A stretch of 64,000 bases of DNA from an uncultured virus (IMG/VR IMGVR_UViG_3300027884_000001) (Duplodnaviria > Heunggongvirae > Uroviricota > Caudoviricetes), in IMG/VR virus record IMGVR_UViG_3300027884_000001. The stretch is one strand, 5' to 3'. Under the pieces are notes generated by a model. It saw only the letters and a program-made list of their open reading frames with translations. It did no database searches and had not been told where the DNA came from. Numbering within the stretch: position 1 is the first letter of the stretch; the number at the start of each line of letters is the position of its first letter. Made by a program: the position numbers and the translations under genes. Below, in pieces: positions 8,484 through 17,581 of the stretch.

Positions 8484-9854
8484 ATGGCTACGAAGCAGAA
8501 CAAGTACAGGCTGATCGATCGGCCCACGCCGTCGCCGATGCGCACCATCGGTCTTGGCATGGCGCCCAACCACAGCAAGATCGCAGCGGGTCTCGCCGCC
8601 GGCACCCCGGGTGCAGGCATCGGCGCCCTCATTGACTGGGTCAAGGACTCGGTCAACTGCCCGATCTTCAACATGCCGACCATCGAGCAGGTTCGGTGGG
8701 GCATGGACGGCGCGCAGAGCGACGCGTCCGTGAAGAAGAACTTCGGCGCGGAGATCGACCTCTTCGGATCCGGCAAGGACCCGCAGGGCATCGACTACGT
8801 CGAGACGACGATGGCCCTCGCAGGCGAGACGCAGACGTACATGCTCGCGTGCGCCATCTTCTTCCACGTCGAGCCCGAGCCCCTGTGCTTCACGGCGTTC
8901 GGCAACAGCTGGCAGCCCCTGGGCGGCCCGACGACGGTGCAGGCGGCGGGCAACGTGCCCATCTCGCCCGACGTCTTCACGTTCAACGACTTCACCAACG
9001 GCGCGCTGGGCTCGGGCACCGCGACGGGGACCTTCTTCGGTCCCGCGGTGATGGAGCACGGCTGGTGGGCGAACTACGCCGCCTGGCACATGGTGCGCGG
9101 CTACAACATGCGCTGGAAGATCGGCCAGCACACCAACATCCTCGACGAGGTTCTCCGGCACACGGCGTACATGCCGACCAACGCGCAGGAGGGCTCGGCC
9201 TCCAACAGCGAGGTCGACATCGTCCAGTTCGTCAACCGGATGAACAACTACTACGTCGGCAAGGGCTCGACGCAGCAGTTCCTCAAGGTCAACCGCATCC
9301 GCATCGGATCGGTCCTCGGAACCGCAGGCACCAACCTCGGCATCTTCCGTCCGTCCAACGACGACATCCTCGTCGGTGCGACATACGGCGGCATGGACCT
9401 GCGGTCGCTCCTCAAAGGCAACAGCGAGTTCCGCAAGCTGACGCTGCCGTACGTGATCAAGCCGGGCGTCCCCATCGGTCTCGTCGCGCAGGCCAACGAC
9501 ACCGACCAGATCGACACGATGCAGGCGTACCTGTCGCTCACGCAGATCGGCAACCAGTACGGCGGCGGCGTCTTCCCGCCCGTCGTCACCGACACCCCCG
9601 CGGCGACCACGCCCTGGGACGGCACCAACGCGACGCCGGTGGGTCTCGAGCGCACGCTCGACGGCTTCAACGTCGCGCAGCAGGTCGGAACGGGTCGGTC
9701 GGTCTACAAGAGCGGCACGCTCAAGATCAGCCAGGGCATCAAGGGCTTCGAGGTGTCCGAGGATTGGTACACGATCCTCCAGAACAACCCGGATCTCAAG
9801 GAGCTGGTCATGGGCGAGTGCTCGATCCGCTTCGCCCAGCAGGGCGCGGGCTGA
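8484..9854 (+). CDS. putative major capsid protein (single jelly-roll-like, large)
   Basis: Strong C/G-ending codon bias, no TM helix; motifs ETTMALAGETQTYMLACAIFFHV, FRKLTLPYVIKPGVPIGL and KISQGIKGF recall vertical SJR capsid strands; ORF certain, fold inferred. Confidence 0.55.
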   Translation: MATKQNKYRLIDRPTPSPMRTIGLGMAPNHSKIAAGLAAGTPGAGIGALIDWVKDSVNCPIFNMPTIEQVRWGMDGAQSDASVKKNFGAEIDLFGSGKDPQGIDYVETTMALAGETQTYMLACAIFFHVEPEPLCFTAFGNSWQPLGGPTTVQAAGNVPISPDVFTFNDFTNGALGSGTATGTFFGPAVMEHGWWANYAAWHMVRGYNMRWKIGQHTNILDEVLRHTAYMPTNAQEGSASNSEVDIVQFVNRMNNYYVGKGSTQQFLKVNRIRIGSVLGTAGTNLGIFRPSNDDILVGATYGGMDLRSLLKGNSEFRKLTLPYVIKPGVPIGLVAQANDTDQIDTMQAYLSLTQIGNQYGGGVFPPVVTDTPAATTPWDGTNATPVGLERTLDGFNVAQQVGTGRSVYKSGTLKISQGIKGFEVSEDWYTILQNNPDLKELVMGECSIRFAQQGAG

Positions 9855-9891
9855 TCGGGGGCTGGAAGGGAAACGAGCCGAGGGCTAGCCC

Positions 9892-10671
9892 ATGAGCGAC
9901 AACGTCGTCAGCTTCAGCACCGAGCAGTTCGATCAGCTACTCGGTGTCTTGCAGCAGCGCGGTGGGGCGGCGCCGGGACCTGCGGGTCTCGGGGCCGACC
10001 CGTCCGCGGGTCTTGCAGGCGCTCCGCGCGTGCTGGGCCTGGGCTGCGGCGACGGAGGCATGGGCTCGCTCGCGGCCAGCGTCTACACGATGCTGGCCAT
10101 GGGCAGCCCGCGTCTTGCTCTGGCCAAGGCCAAGGGCATCCCGCTGGCGCCGTACATGATCAACGTGCGGGCCACGTTCCCAGACACGTCGACGTCGATC
10201 GTGCCGGACGTCGGCAGCGACGTGAAGATCACGCAGGACACGTTCATCGACTCGATGATCGTGCGCACGGAGAACCAGTCGGTCACGGCCAACCAGAACC
10301 AGTTCCAGGCCCAGAGCGACTTCTACTACGGCATCCAGAGCGGCATCGAAGTCACTCTCGACGTCCAGGGCGCGCCCCGCTACGCGGTGGCCCCCAAGTT
10401 CATGCCTGTGAGTAACCTCATGGACGCCATCAACGGCGGCGCGCATCGGGGCATGGGCTGGATCCTGACCTACCAGCAGCAGCTCTTCATGAGCTTCCAG
10501 GCCAAGGTCACGATTCCGACCGCTCCCATCGAGGTCATCTGCACGTTCAGCGGATGGGTCCCGGTGTGGGACGAGCTGGTCGCGATGACCAACCGCGAAG
10601 CCATCAAGCAGCTGCGTGAGGACTGCGGGTTCCAGATCGACGATTCGTACGCCAAGCGCTGCTGCCGGTGA
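9892..10671 (+). CDS. putative second capsid protein (single jelly-roll-like, small)
   Basis: Alternating beta strands: YMINVRATF, KITQDTFIDSM, IEVTLDV..RY, FMPVSNL, IEVICTFSGW; directly follows 8484 ORF. Confidence 0.55.
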   Translation: MSDNVVSFSTEQFDQLLGVLQQRGGAAPGPAGLGADPSAGLAGAPRVLGLGCGDGGMGSLAASVYTMLAMGSPRLALAKAKGIPLAPYMINVRATFPDTSTSIVPDVGSDVKITQDTFIDSMIVRTENQSVTANQNQFQAQSDFYYGIQSGIEVTLDVQGAPRYAVAPKFMPVSNLMDAINGGAHRGMGWILTYQQQLFMSFQAKVTIPTAPIEVICTFSGWVPVWDELVAMTNREAIKQLREDCGFQIDDSYAKRCCR

Positions 10672-10706
10672 GGGCTCGCGCGCGCGGCGCGTAAGGGCAA
10701 GGACCG

Positions 10707-11552
10707 ATGAGCGCGCGCAACAGACGCTGGGAGATCGCGACAACCGGATTCGACGAGTACCTGCAGCTACTCGGCGGCGATCCGTACAGCGCCAACGGCG
10801 CCTCGACCTCGGTCGGGCTGCGTGTGCCGACGCTGGCGACGCCCACGGTGGCCCTCGGCGGTCTCACGAGCCGCTACCTCTTCCTGCTGGCGAGCTTCTC
10901 GGTGCCCGAGGGCGGCCGGGTGCGTATTCGCGGCTACCGGCAGATGGTCACGATCGGCTACAAGCAGGTCGAGGGCGAGGGCGGGTCGGCAACCACGTAC
11001 ATCGTCGAGCAGCTCGTCACGAGCCCATTCTGGCGGTTCAACGACGGCAACATCAGCTGGCACATCCACCGCATCGGTTCGCCGAACGCGCAAGGCGTCC
11101 CGCAGGTACCTGGCAACGGACCGGCGGACATGTCGAGCTTCAAGCAGTACTGGGCGGACGGTCCAGCACTGCTTTACGGTCCGCCTGCTCCCGCTCGCCC
11201 CGCGGGCGACATCTACACGAACCTCGGGAGCTACGCGCCGCCAAATGCAGGCAAGCCGTACGGCCAGCCTGTCGCGAGCAAGCAAGGCACCTTCTACGAT
11301 CTCCGGTCGCCGTGGGAGACCGACCGCGCTTGGGACGCGCTCGACATTCCGATCGACGGTCCGGAGACCATCGGGTTTTTCGCGAGCGTGCGACAGACCA
11401 ACCCGTCGACGCGCGTCGCGCTCACGCCACCGAGCCCCACGTTCTACTCGGGCGGCCTGTCGGCCGAGGAGCAGTTCCTGCTCAACTTCCCTGGCGCGAT
11501 CTACTGGCGCGTCGCGGGCTCGCTCATCGTAGAAGAAGGCGAGACGCCGTAA
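10707..11552 (+). CDS. putative virion structural protein
   Basis: AAGGA RBS; beta-rich soluble protein in the structural operon. Confidence 0.6.
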   Translation: MSARNRRWEIATTGFDEYLQLLGGDPYSANGASTSVGLRVPTLATPTVALGGLTSRYLFLLASFSVPEGGRVRIRGYRQMVTIGYKQVEGEGGSATTYIVEQLVTSPFWRFNDGNISWHIHRIGSPNAQGVPQVPGNGPADMSSFKQYWADGPALLYGPPAPARPAGDIYTNLGSYAPPNAGKPYGQPVASKQGTFYDLRSPWETDRAWDALDIPIDGPETIGFFASVRQTNPSTRVALTPPSPTFYSGGLSAEEQFLLNFPGAIYWRVAGSLIVEEGETP

Positions 11553-11950
11553 TGGGCGACCTCGCCAAGCTTCTCATGCCGCGGCTTCATCAGAACATGC
11601 CGCGACCGGACGTGCAGAGCAGCGCGGTGGGTGTCGGCGACGCGGGCAGCCCCGTGCTCGACCACCTGAGCGACGCCGTCGCGCAGCTGTCGACCATCAA
11701 CGCCTACTTCGCGGTCATCGCGGCAGGCGGCGCGCCCACGGCGACGCAGCTCGCGGACGCGCAGTCGGCGCTCGGCGCCATCGGAGCCGATCTGCGTGCC
11801 ATGCAGGCGCAGCCGCAGCCGCCTTCGGGCAGCCAGGTCTGGGTGAGCGCGCCGGCCGCGGCGGGCCTCGCGGGCATGTCAGCCGTCGTCGGCGGCGTCA
11901 TCGGATGGTTCGCGAAGGGATCGACGACGAAGAAAGGCAGTCGCCGATGA
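11552..11950 (+). CDS. small C-terminally anchored membrane protein
   Basis: ATG overlaps upstream TAA; helical body, TM helix, basic tail. Confidence 0.65.
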   Translation: MGDLAKLLMPRLHQNMPRPDVQSSAVGVGDAGSPVLDHLSDAVAQLSTINAYFAVIAAGGAPTATQLADAQSALGAIGADLRAMQAQPQPPSGSQVWVSAPAAAGLAGMSAVVGGVIGWFAKGSTTKKGSRR

Positions 11951-12768
11951 CCGCGTCGTTCGAGTCTCGTCGGTATGAGCGTCGCGCAGGGCTCGGCGGT
12001 GGCGTGAGTCAGTCGATGCTCGCCATGCTGAGCGGCGTGGTCAACGAGGCGTCGCTTCTCAAGAGTCTATGGATGAGCGCGCAGAAGGCGGCGTCGCTTC
12101 CGAGCTACGATCCATGCTTCGGAAACGGACCGGCATGGCTAGCGCAGTCGCTGGCAGCCATCAGTTCGTACGCGTGCCTGCTCGCGGTCAACGCATCCGG
12201 TGTCGCGAACACTGTGTCCGAAGCGTGCAACGGTGTCGGGGCCGATCATGCGGCCAATGCGCGCGCAGCCGAGTCGCAGGCTTGCACCATGGGATCGCAG
12301 TGCACCGGCAACGAGTTCGGTAACCCCACCGGGACCATCTACGTCACCGGCGAGAACAGTCAGTCCTGTCTCGATCCGGCGTACTACCAGTGCGTCAGCG
12401 CGCAGGTGACTGCAGCGCTGAAAGCCGTGAGTGAAGCCACGAACGTGGTCACAGCGTGCACGGCAGCAGCGCGCGCGTCCACGCAACAGCCAGCTCCCGC
12501 TCCAAGGGTCAAGATCAAGCCGCTCCCGCCTCCACCTTGTCCCAGGGGTCAGTTTCGCCAGCACACCGGCGGCCCATGTCTGAGTATCAAACCGCTCGGC
12601 GCTGGCGCTCTGCCGTCGTGCCGCCTCGTGTCGGCGATCATTCCATCGGCGACAGCGGCTCGGTACGAGCGCAGACACGAAGAGCGCATCGCTAAGATCG
12701 CGGGTCTCGGCGCGATCAGCGGTCAAGACAGCGTTCTGGGAATGTTCGGCCTACGGAGGCAGCGATGA
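11947..12768 (+). CDS. Cys-rich putative virion protein
   Basis: ATGA overlap; FESRRYERRAGLG leader. Confidence 0.6.
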   Translation: MTASFESRRYERRAGLGGGVSQSMLAMLSGVVNEASLLKSLWMSAQKAASLPSYDPCFGNGPAWLAQSLAAISSYACLLAVNASGVANTVSEACNGVGADHAANARAAESQACTMGSQCTGNEFGNPTGTIYVTGENSQSCLDPAYYQCVSAQVTAALKAVSEATNVVTACTAAARASTQQPAPAPRVKIKPLPPPPCPRGQFRQHTGGPCLSIKPLGAGALPSCRLVSAIIPSATAARYERRHEERIAKIAGLGAISGQDSVLGMFGLRRQR

Positions 12769-13829
12769 GCACGTTCGCAGCGAGGTACTACGAGTCGCGT
12801 CACGCTCAGCCGGCAGTGCCAGCGAAAGCGTGCGGTCTCGGTGACGGCGAGTGCTGCGGCGTATGCGCGAAGGGCGGCGACTGCGAGGGTGCCGGCGCGA
12901 TCTATCGGGGACCCAACGGCGATGGGATGGGTCTTGCCGCAACGGCCATCGAGTACGGCAAGCGAGCTGGCGCAGCTGGTTCCGATGGCGTCGGAGATCT
13001 GCTCGACATCATGAAAGAGGGTCCTCATGGAATGGGCGCTGGCGCTGGCGGCGCGGCACATCCGCTCGAGGAAATGACTTTGGTGTACGATCAGTACGCG
13101 ACCCGGCGTCTGGCTCCGCGACATCCCGGTATGCGCGGATTGCCTGGTGGCCTGGGGACGCTTCCACAGCTGCAGACAGCGCTGTCGGGCCTGCAGGGCC
13201 AGCAGACAGGTGACGCTGCGGCTTCGTTCTACGCGAGCAAGCAGGCCGGTGACACGTACAAGACAGCTGGCGACGGCGGTCAGGCCGGCGCGTACGACTC
13301 CGCTGTCGATGCGTACAAGGCTGCAGCGCAGGGATCGGTCAGCAGTACGGGAGTCAGTGGCGAGCTGACGAGCGCCGACGCGACGACCACGGCGTCGACG
13401 TACACGCAGCAGGCGTGGGCCATCAACGCGCTCCTGAACTCGTCGGCCATCAACTCGACCAACTCGACAGGCACAGCGGCCACGCAGAGCGATGCGCAGC
13501 AGGCGCAGGGCTACGTGACGCAGATGCTCAACTTCTACATCAAGGGCGCGCAGGCCGCGATTGCGGCCAACCAGGCGCCGTCGCCTCCCGGGCCGCCGCC
13601 AGCGCCGACGCCCGCACCGATCGTCCCGTCGCCGACGCCAGCGGCTACGAGCGCGTCGACGAATTACACCAAGCCGATCCTTGTGTCAGCTGGCTTGCTG
13701 GGAGCAGGCCTTGTAGGCTGGGCGCTCTACAAGAGGTACGGCAACCCACTGTCGCGATCGTCTTCTCGAGCGTGGACACGGGTGCCGTCGGGGCGCACGG
13801 CGCACAGCGCCCGAACGGTTCGGCCATAG
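12765..13829 (+). CDS. C-terminally anchored membrane protein with RYYE leader
   Basis: GGAGG RBS, ATGA overlap; CCGVC cluster; domain shared with 4697 ORF; TM helix plus basic tail. Confidence 0.7.
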   Translation: MSTFAARYYESRHAQPAVPAKACGLGDGECCGVCAKGGDCEGAGAIYRGPNGDGMGLAATAIEYGKRAGAAGSDGVGDLLDIMKEGPHGMGAGAGGAAHPLEEMTLVYDQYATRRLAPRHPGMRGLPGGLGTLPQLQTALSGLQGQQTGDAAASFYASKQAGDTYKTAGDGGQAGAYDSAVDAYKAAAQGSVSSTGVSGELTSADATTTASTYTQQAWAINALLNSSAINSTNSTGTAATQSDAQQAQGYVTQMLNFYIKGAQAAIAANQAPSPPGPPPAPTPAPIVPSPTPAATSASTNYTKPILVSAGLLGAGLVGWALYKRYGNPLSRSSSRAWTRVPSGRTAHSARTVRP

Positions 13830-13841
13830 GGAGAGTCTGTC

Positions 13842-14327
13842 ATGCGAAGCCACGGCAACGGTCACCACAGCCCGCAGGAAGAAACGCTGGCCATGATCGC
13901 CTTGGGGGGCGGCGGCAGTGGCCCGCTCCTCGCTGCGCACTCGTCGGCCGACAACGCTGCGCTCGTGACGTCGTCGGGCACCACGCCGGTCGTACTGGCG
14001 TCGGTCACCGTCACGCCCAGGGTCTCCGGCAAGTTTCAGCTCGTGGGCACCGCCATCGTGGTCTGCGCCTCGGATTCGCCGACGACCCAGATCCTGGGCT
14101 TCGGTCACGCTGGCGTCAGTGATTACGCCCAGGGAGGATACTCGGTGCCCGGCCTGAGCACGTCGACGCCGTCGCTTACGGCCGACAACCACCTGACGGG
14201 TCAGGTGTTTCCTCTCGGCGTACCGGTCACGATCACGTTCCTGCTGACGACGAGCGTCGGTGGCGGCACGAGCCTGACCGTGGCCGCACACAACGCGCAG
14301 CTGTCCGTCGTCGAGATGATGAACTGA
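13842..14327 (+). CDS. beta-rich putative spike/penton-like protein
   Basis: GGGAGA RBS; VTPRVSGKF matches LTPKLSGYI and LTAKASGLF of the next two ORFs. Confidence 0.6.
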   Translation: MRSHGNGHHSPQEETLAMIALGGGGSGPLLAAHSSADNAALVTSSGTTPVVLASVTVTPRVSGKFQLVGTAIVVCASDSPTTQILGFGHAGVSDYAQGGYSVPGLSTSTPSLTADNHLTGQVFPLGVPVTITFLLTTSVGGGTSLTVAAHNAQLSVVEMMN

Positions 14328-14355
14328 GGCTCTCGAGCCAGAAAGAAAGGGGCCT

Positions 14356-15003
14356 GTGGGACGTAGATCACTTGTTCGTCGCGAAGCGATGATCGCGGAC
14401 ACGATCTCCGCGATCGGCATGGCGAGCGACGACTCGCTCGGCAACTTCTGGCAGGTCCTCAGTCCGCTGGTCGCCAACCAGACGGGCGCCGCCAACAACA
14501 TCGTCGCGGCCGTTCTGCTGACGCCGAAGCTATCCGGCTACATCGACGTCGACATCAATGTCGGATGGAGCGACAGCACGGCGGGCGACGACGTGCAATG
14601 GCAGCTCAACACGCGTCAGGTGAACGTGGCAGGCCAGGTCTTCACGGTCGGCGGCACGACCCCGGCGGCATCTGGATACGGCGGAGCAACCGCTGGAGGC
14701 GGCGACTCTGGCTTCGTTCAGACGGCAGCGAACGGCATGACCGTGTCGGCGCCTGCAGGTGGCGCCACGGGACCGACGCTGGTCGAGACGAAGATGGTGG
14801 CCACCGTCGCCGGGCTTCTGACAGCCAACGGCTCGTCGAGTCAGGGCTACGACTTCCACAGCGCTCTCGACACCAACGGGACAGGCGTGCCGTTCACTCT
14901 CGGCAAACAGGTCGTCGCGTATCTCAGCGTCCTGTCGGGCGGAGCCAACACGATCGAGATCCCGCGGATGTCGTTCCGATTGCGCGAGATTCCGTGGCGC
15001 TAA
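14356..15003 (+). CDS. beta-rich putative spike/penton-like protein
   Basis: GCCAGAAAGAAAGGG leader shared with 15051 ORF; paralogous motif GDDVQW. Confidence 0.6.
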   Translation: MGRRSLVRREAMIADTISAIGMASDDSLGNFWQVLSPLVANQTGAANNIVAAVLLTPKLSGYIDVDINVGWSDSTAGDDVQWQLNTRQVNVAGQVFTVGGTTPAASGYGGATAGGGDSGFVQTAANGMTVSAPAGGATGPTLVETKMVATVAGLLTANGSSSQGYDFHSALDTNGTGVPFTLGKQVVAYLSVLSGGANTIEIPRMSFRLREIPWR

Positions 15004-15050
15004 GCCACCAGCAGATGTGAACGGCCACAAGGCCAGAAAGAAAGGGACCC

Positions 15051-15620
15051 ATGCGTCATAATCTGAATCGAAGAGCGGTCATCGCCGAGTCATTGGCGGA
15101 GATCGATGAGCTGCCCGACCAGGCACTCACCAACCGCGGAGAGGTGACCGGCAACTCGCCGCACATCCCGCTCGCGGACACCATCACCGCTGTACTCGGC
15201 GTGAAGCTCACGGCGAAGGCGTCCGGCCTCTTCGTCCTGTACGTGCACGGCCTTGCAGCGGCCGCAGCCGCGGGCGACGTCGTGACGTGGACGGTCGACA
15301 CGTACACGGACGCGGTCGTCGGCACGCCGCTCACGCTTCCGGGCAACGCCGCTCCTGTCGGAGTCAACTGCGTCAGCGACAACAGCGGCGCCGGCATCGC
15401 ACCCAGCGCTGGAGCGACGGCCGCTCAGGTCATCACGGCAGACGCTGTGACGTTGGGTACCGCTGCTGTCGGCGACAAGTTCATGTGGGGCGGCATCGTC
15501 ACCGCCAACAACGCCGCTGTACCCAAGGGCAGCACGTTCTACGCGACGCTGTCGATCACCGACTCGGTCGCTGCGCGCGCCGTGACGCAGGCATCGGTGT
15601 CGGCCTACGAGCTGCCGTAA
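15051..15620 (+). CDS. beta-rich putative spike/penton-like protein
   Basis: Same leader; paralogous motif GDVVTW. Confidence 0.6.
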   Translation: MRHNLNRRAVIAESLAEIDELPDQALTNRGEVTGNSPHIPLADTITAVLGVKLTAKASGLFVLYVHGLAAAAAAGDVVTWTVDTYTDAVVGTPLTLPGNAAPVGVNCVSDNSGAGIAPSAGATAAQVITADAVTLGTAAVGDKFMWGGIVTANNAAVPKGSTFYATLSITDSVAARAVTQASVSAYELP

Positions 15621-15642
15621 GCAGAGTCGTTGTCGAGCGAGG

Positions 15643-15677
15643 GCCGGCCCGCAGAGCGATCTGCGAGCCGGCTTTTT
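15643..15677 (+). terminator. intrinsic terminator ending the structural operon
   Basis: GCCGGCccGCAGA-gcga-TCTGCgaGCCGGC followed by TTTTT, between convergent genes. Confidence 0.75.
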
Positions 15678-15681
15678 CGTG

Positions 15682-16239
15682 TCAGTTGCAGACGACCGTG
15701 AGCTGACCGCCGACGTCCGAGCATGAGAAGGCGCCAGCGCCGCTGCAGATGTTGCCGGCCATGGCGACGAGATACGGCGCCAGGCACGCGCAGTTGTAGG
15801 TGGCGCACGTATCGCACGCGGACGGTGTCTGCCCATTCGGGTTCCATTGCCCCGTCGGTCCGCCGGCCGGCTCCCGAAGGCAGAAGTTGCCGAGAGGCGT
15901 GGTCGGTCCCCCATTCGGCCCTGTCCCGCACTGAAACGTGGACGGAGCGCACGACCCCTCCGCAGGTGCGTCCGTCGACGTCTCCGGCAGCGGACCGCTG
16001 TCGGTCGCGACGCCGCTGTCGTGTCCACCGTCGTGTCCAACGATTCCGGAGTCGTCGTGAGGCTTTGCGTCCGCTTTGGCGTCCGACGTGTCCGAGTCGT
16101 TGTCCGCGCCGCTGTCCTGGTCACCAGCCTCGCTGACGACGTCGTCGCCCGCCTCGCTCGAGGCGCGCAGAAGATCGGTCGTGAACGGGTCGCCGCCGCA
16201 GCCGACGAGAAGGAACAGAGAGAAGAGAGAGAGTTTCAT
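15682..16239 (-). CDS. lipoprotein with acidic DSG-type linker and Cys-rich C-terminal domain
   Basis: MKLSLFSLFLLVGC lipobox. Confidence 0.75.
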   Translation of the reverse strand: MKLSLFSLFLLVGCGGDPFTTDLLRASSEAGDDVVSEAGDQDSGADNDSDTSDAKADAKPHDDSGIVGHDGGHDSGVATDSGPLPETSTDAPAEGSCAPSTFQCGTGPNGGPTTPLGNFCLREPAGGPTGQWNPNGQTPSACDTCATYNCACLAPYLVAMAGNICSGAGAFSCSDVGGQLTVVCN

Positions 16240-16287
16240 GTCGCACATCCTTTTCGTTGCGCTTGATTCACTGCAGCACGAACTACC

Positions 16288-16665
16288 TCATCGGAACGCC
16301 AGCGTGCCCACGTCGCATTCGATCGGCGGCAGCACGCGGGCGAGCTGCCTCTTCCAGTGGTCGACCTCGTCTTCTGCGGCGCCGATCTCGTAGTGGAAGT
16401 TCCACTTCCAGTGGTCGAAGCCGGCCGCTTTGGCGCGCGGCCAGTCGTCGAAGACCTGGACGATGTAGTGACCGCGGGAGCCGACGCGTAGACCACCGAG
16501 CGTCGTCTCGAGCTGCCACCCGTAGGCGTTCGGAGCCGCGACGGCGCCGATGCCCTTCAGGTGTTCGACGACGAGCTTGTCGAAGTGTACCTCGGCGGCC
16601 ATGCCAGCCTTGGTGAGACGGTCGCCGACGCGAAGGCGCTTGCCGTTGACGATGACGGTGCTCAC
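16288..16665 (-). CDS. hypothetical protein
   Basis: Overlap-coupled leftward operon. Confidence 0.6.
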   Translation of the reverse strand: MSTVIVNGKRLRVGDRLTKAGMAAEVHFDKLVVEHLKGIGAVAAPNAYGWQLETTLGGLRVGSRGHYIVQVFDDWPRAKAAGFDHWKWNFHYEIGAAEDEVDHWKRQLARVLPPIECDVGTLAFR

Positions 16666-16850
16666 GGCGTCACCTTCCAGCTGCCGACGACCTTGCCGTC
16701 GTCGTCACGCAGCTGACCGGATGCGCCCGCGAGCGACTCGTAGCCGAATCGGTCAGCCAACGGTTTGTCGGCGAGATCGGCCAGTAGGACGCGCACGTCC
16801 TTCTCGGTCACGACTGTGTCACCGAGGTCGATGGTCAGGACGCACTTCAC
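16662..16850 (-). CDS. hypothetical protein
   Basis: GTGA overlap; C-terminal LRDDDGKVVGSW. Confidence 0.6.
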   Translation of the reverse strand: MKCVLTIDLGDTVVTEKDVRVLLADLADKPLADRFGYESLAGASGQLRDDDGKVVGSWKVTP

Positions 16851-17101
16851 GACTGCACCTCGACTCCGCGAGCGCGGATCGCATCGACGACGCCGCGGTT
16901 GTACTCCCGACACGCGTTCCCCCACGTCGCGTCGCCGCTCTCGTCGTCAGCCACGCCCCACGCGAGTCGGCACGCGTGACCTCCCATCGCGTTGATTGTC
17001 GCGTCGTCCCAGCCCGTCGCCGGGATCGGGTCAACGTCCGTGAGGTCCCAGTCCTGCCCGTCCACAAGCCCCGCTGCGTATGCTGCCGCTGTCGTCGTCA
17101 T
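16847..17101 (-). CDS. hypothetical protein
   Basis: GAGG RBS, ATGA overlap. Confidence 0.6.
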   Translation of the reverse strand: MTTTAAAYAAGLVDGQDWDLTDVDPIPATGWDDATINAMGGHACRLAWGVADDESGDATWGNACREYNRGVVDAIRARGVEVQS

Positions 17102-17460
17102 GTCGTCACCTCTGCCCGCTCGTCGGCATCGAATTTGGCGAGCGCGGCGATCTGATCGCTCAGCACCACGGCCCACGCGCCTGCGCCCTGCCAGTCGCCA
17201 CCGATTCCGAGCAGGTTACCGTCCGCGTCTACCAGGACGTCGATCTCCTCGCTACTGCGGCGAGCATGTACGACGGTCCACCCGTCCGCCCTTGCGGCCT
17301 CGACCGCCGCGTCAATCGTGTCCTGGCCAGGGACGTCGGTGTACGGGGCGTAGCCGCATCCGCGATCGTTGCCGTACTTGTAGAGTCTCACCGCGTCGCG
17401 CATCGTGATCGTCGTCTTGTGCTGGGTCGGAGCGAAGTGAGCTGAGCGGGCCATGGTCAT
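17098..17460 (-). CDS. hypothetical protein
   Basis: GGAGG RBS; first gene after TTGACA promoter. Confidence 0.6.
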   Translation of the reverse strand: MTMARSAHFAPTQHKTTITMRDAVRLYKYGNDRGCGYAPYTDVPGQDTIDAAVEAARADGWTVVHARRSSEEIDVLVDADGNLLGIGGDWQGAGAWAVVLSDQIAALAKFDADERAEVTT

Positions 17461-17471
17461 CACCTCCACAA

Positions 17472-17503
17472 GTCACTGTAGTGACGTTTGCGTCACCTGT
17501 CAA
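17472..17503 (-). promoter_or_regulatory. sigma70 promoter with palindromic operator
   Basis: TTGACA-17 nt-TACAGT; GTCACTGTAGTGAC overlaps the -10. Confidence 0.75.
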
Positions 17504-17546
17504 CACGACCTGGCAACCCTGCAAAACACGCTGTTTTCGCCATGTC

Positions 17547-17581
17547 TTGCGCCGGGCCAACCTCGGCGCTACGTCACGCCC
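17547..17581 (+). promoter_or_regulatory. leaderless promoter of groES operon
   Basis: TTGCGC-17 nt-TACGTC-6 nt-ATG; same hexamers and spacing at 22640-22674. Confidence 0.55.

Noticed and set aside
364..9895. Long antisense or alternative-frame ORFs (e.g. 364-1674, 2865-4490, 6793-8403, 8696-9895)
   Set aside because: Shadow ORFs typical of high-GC coding DNA; real frames are shown by codon bias and stop/start coupling
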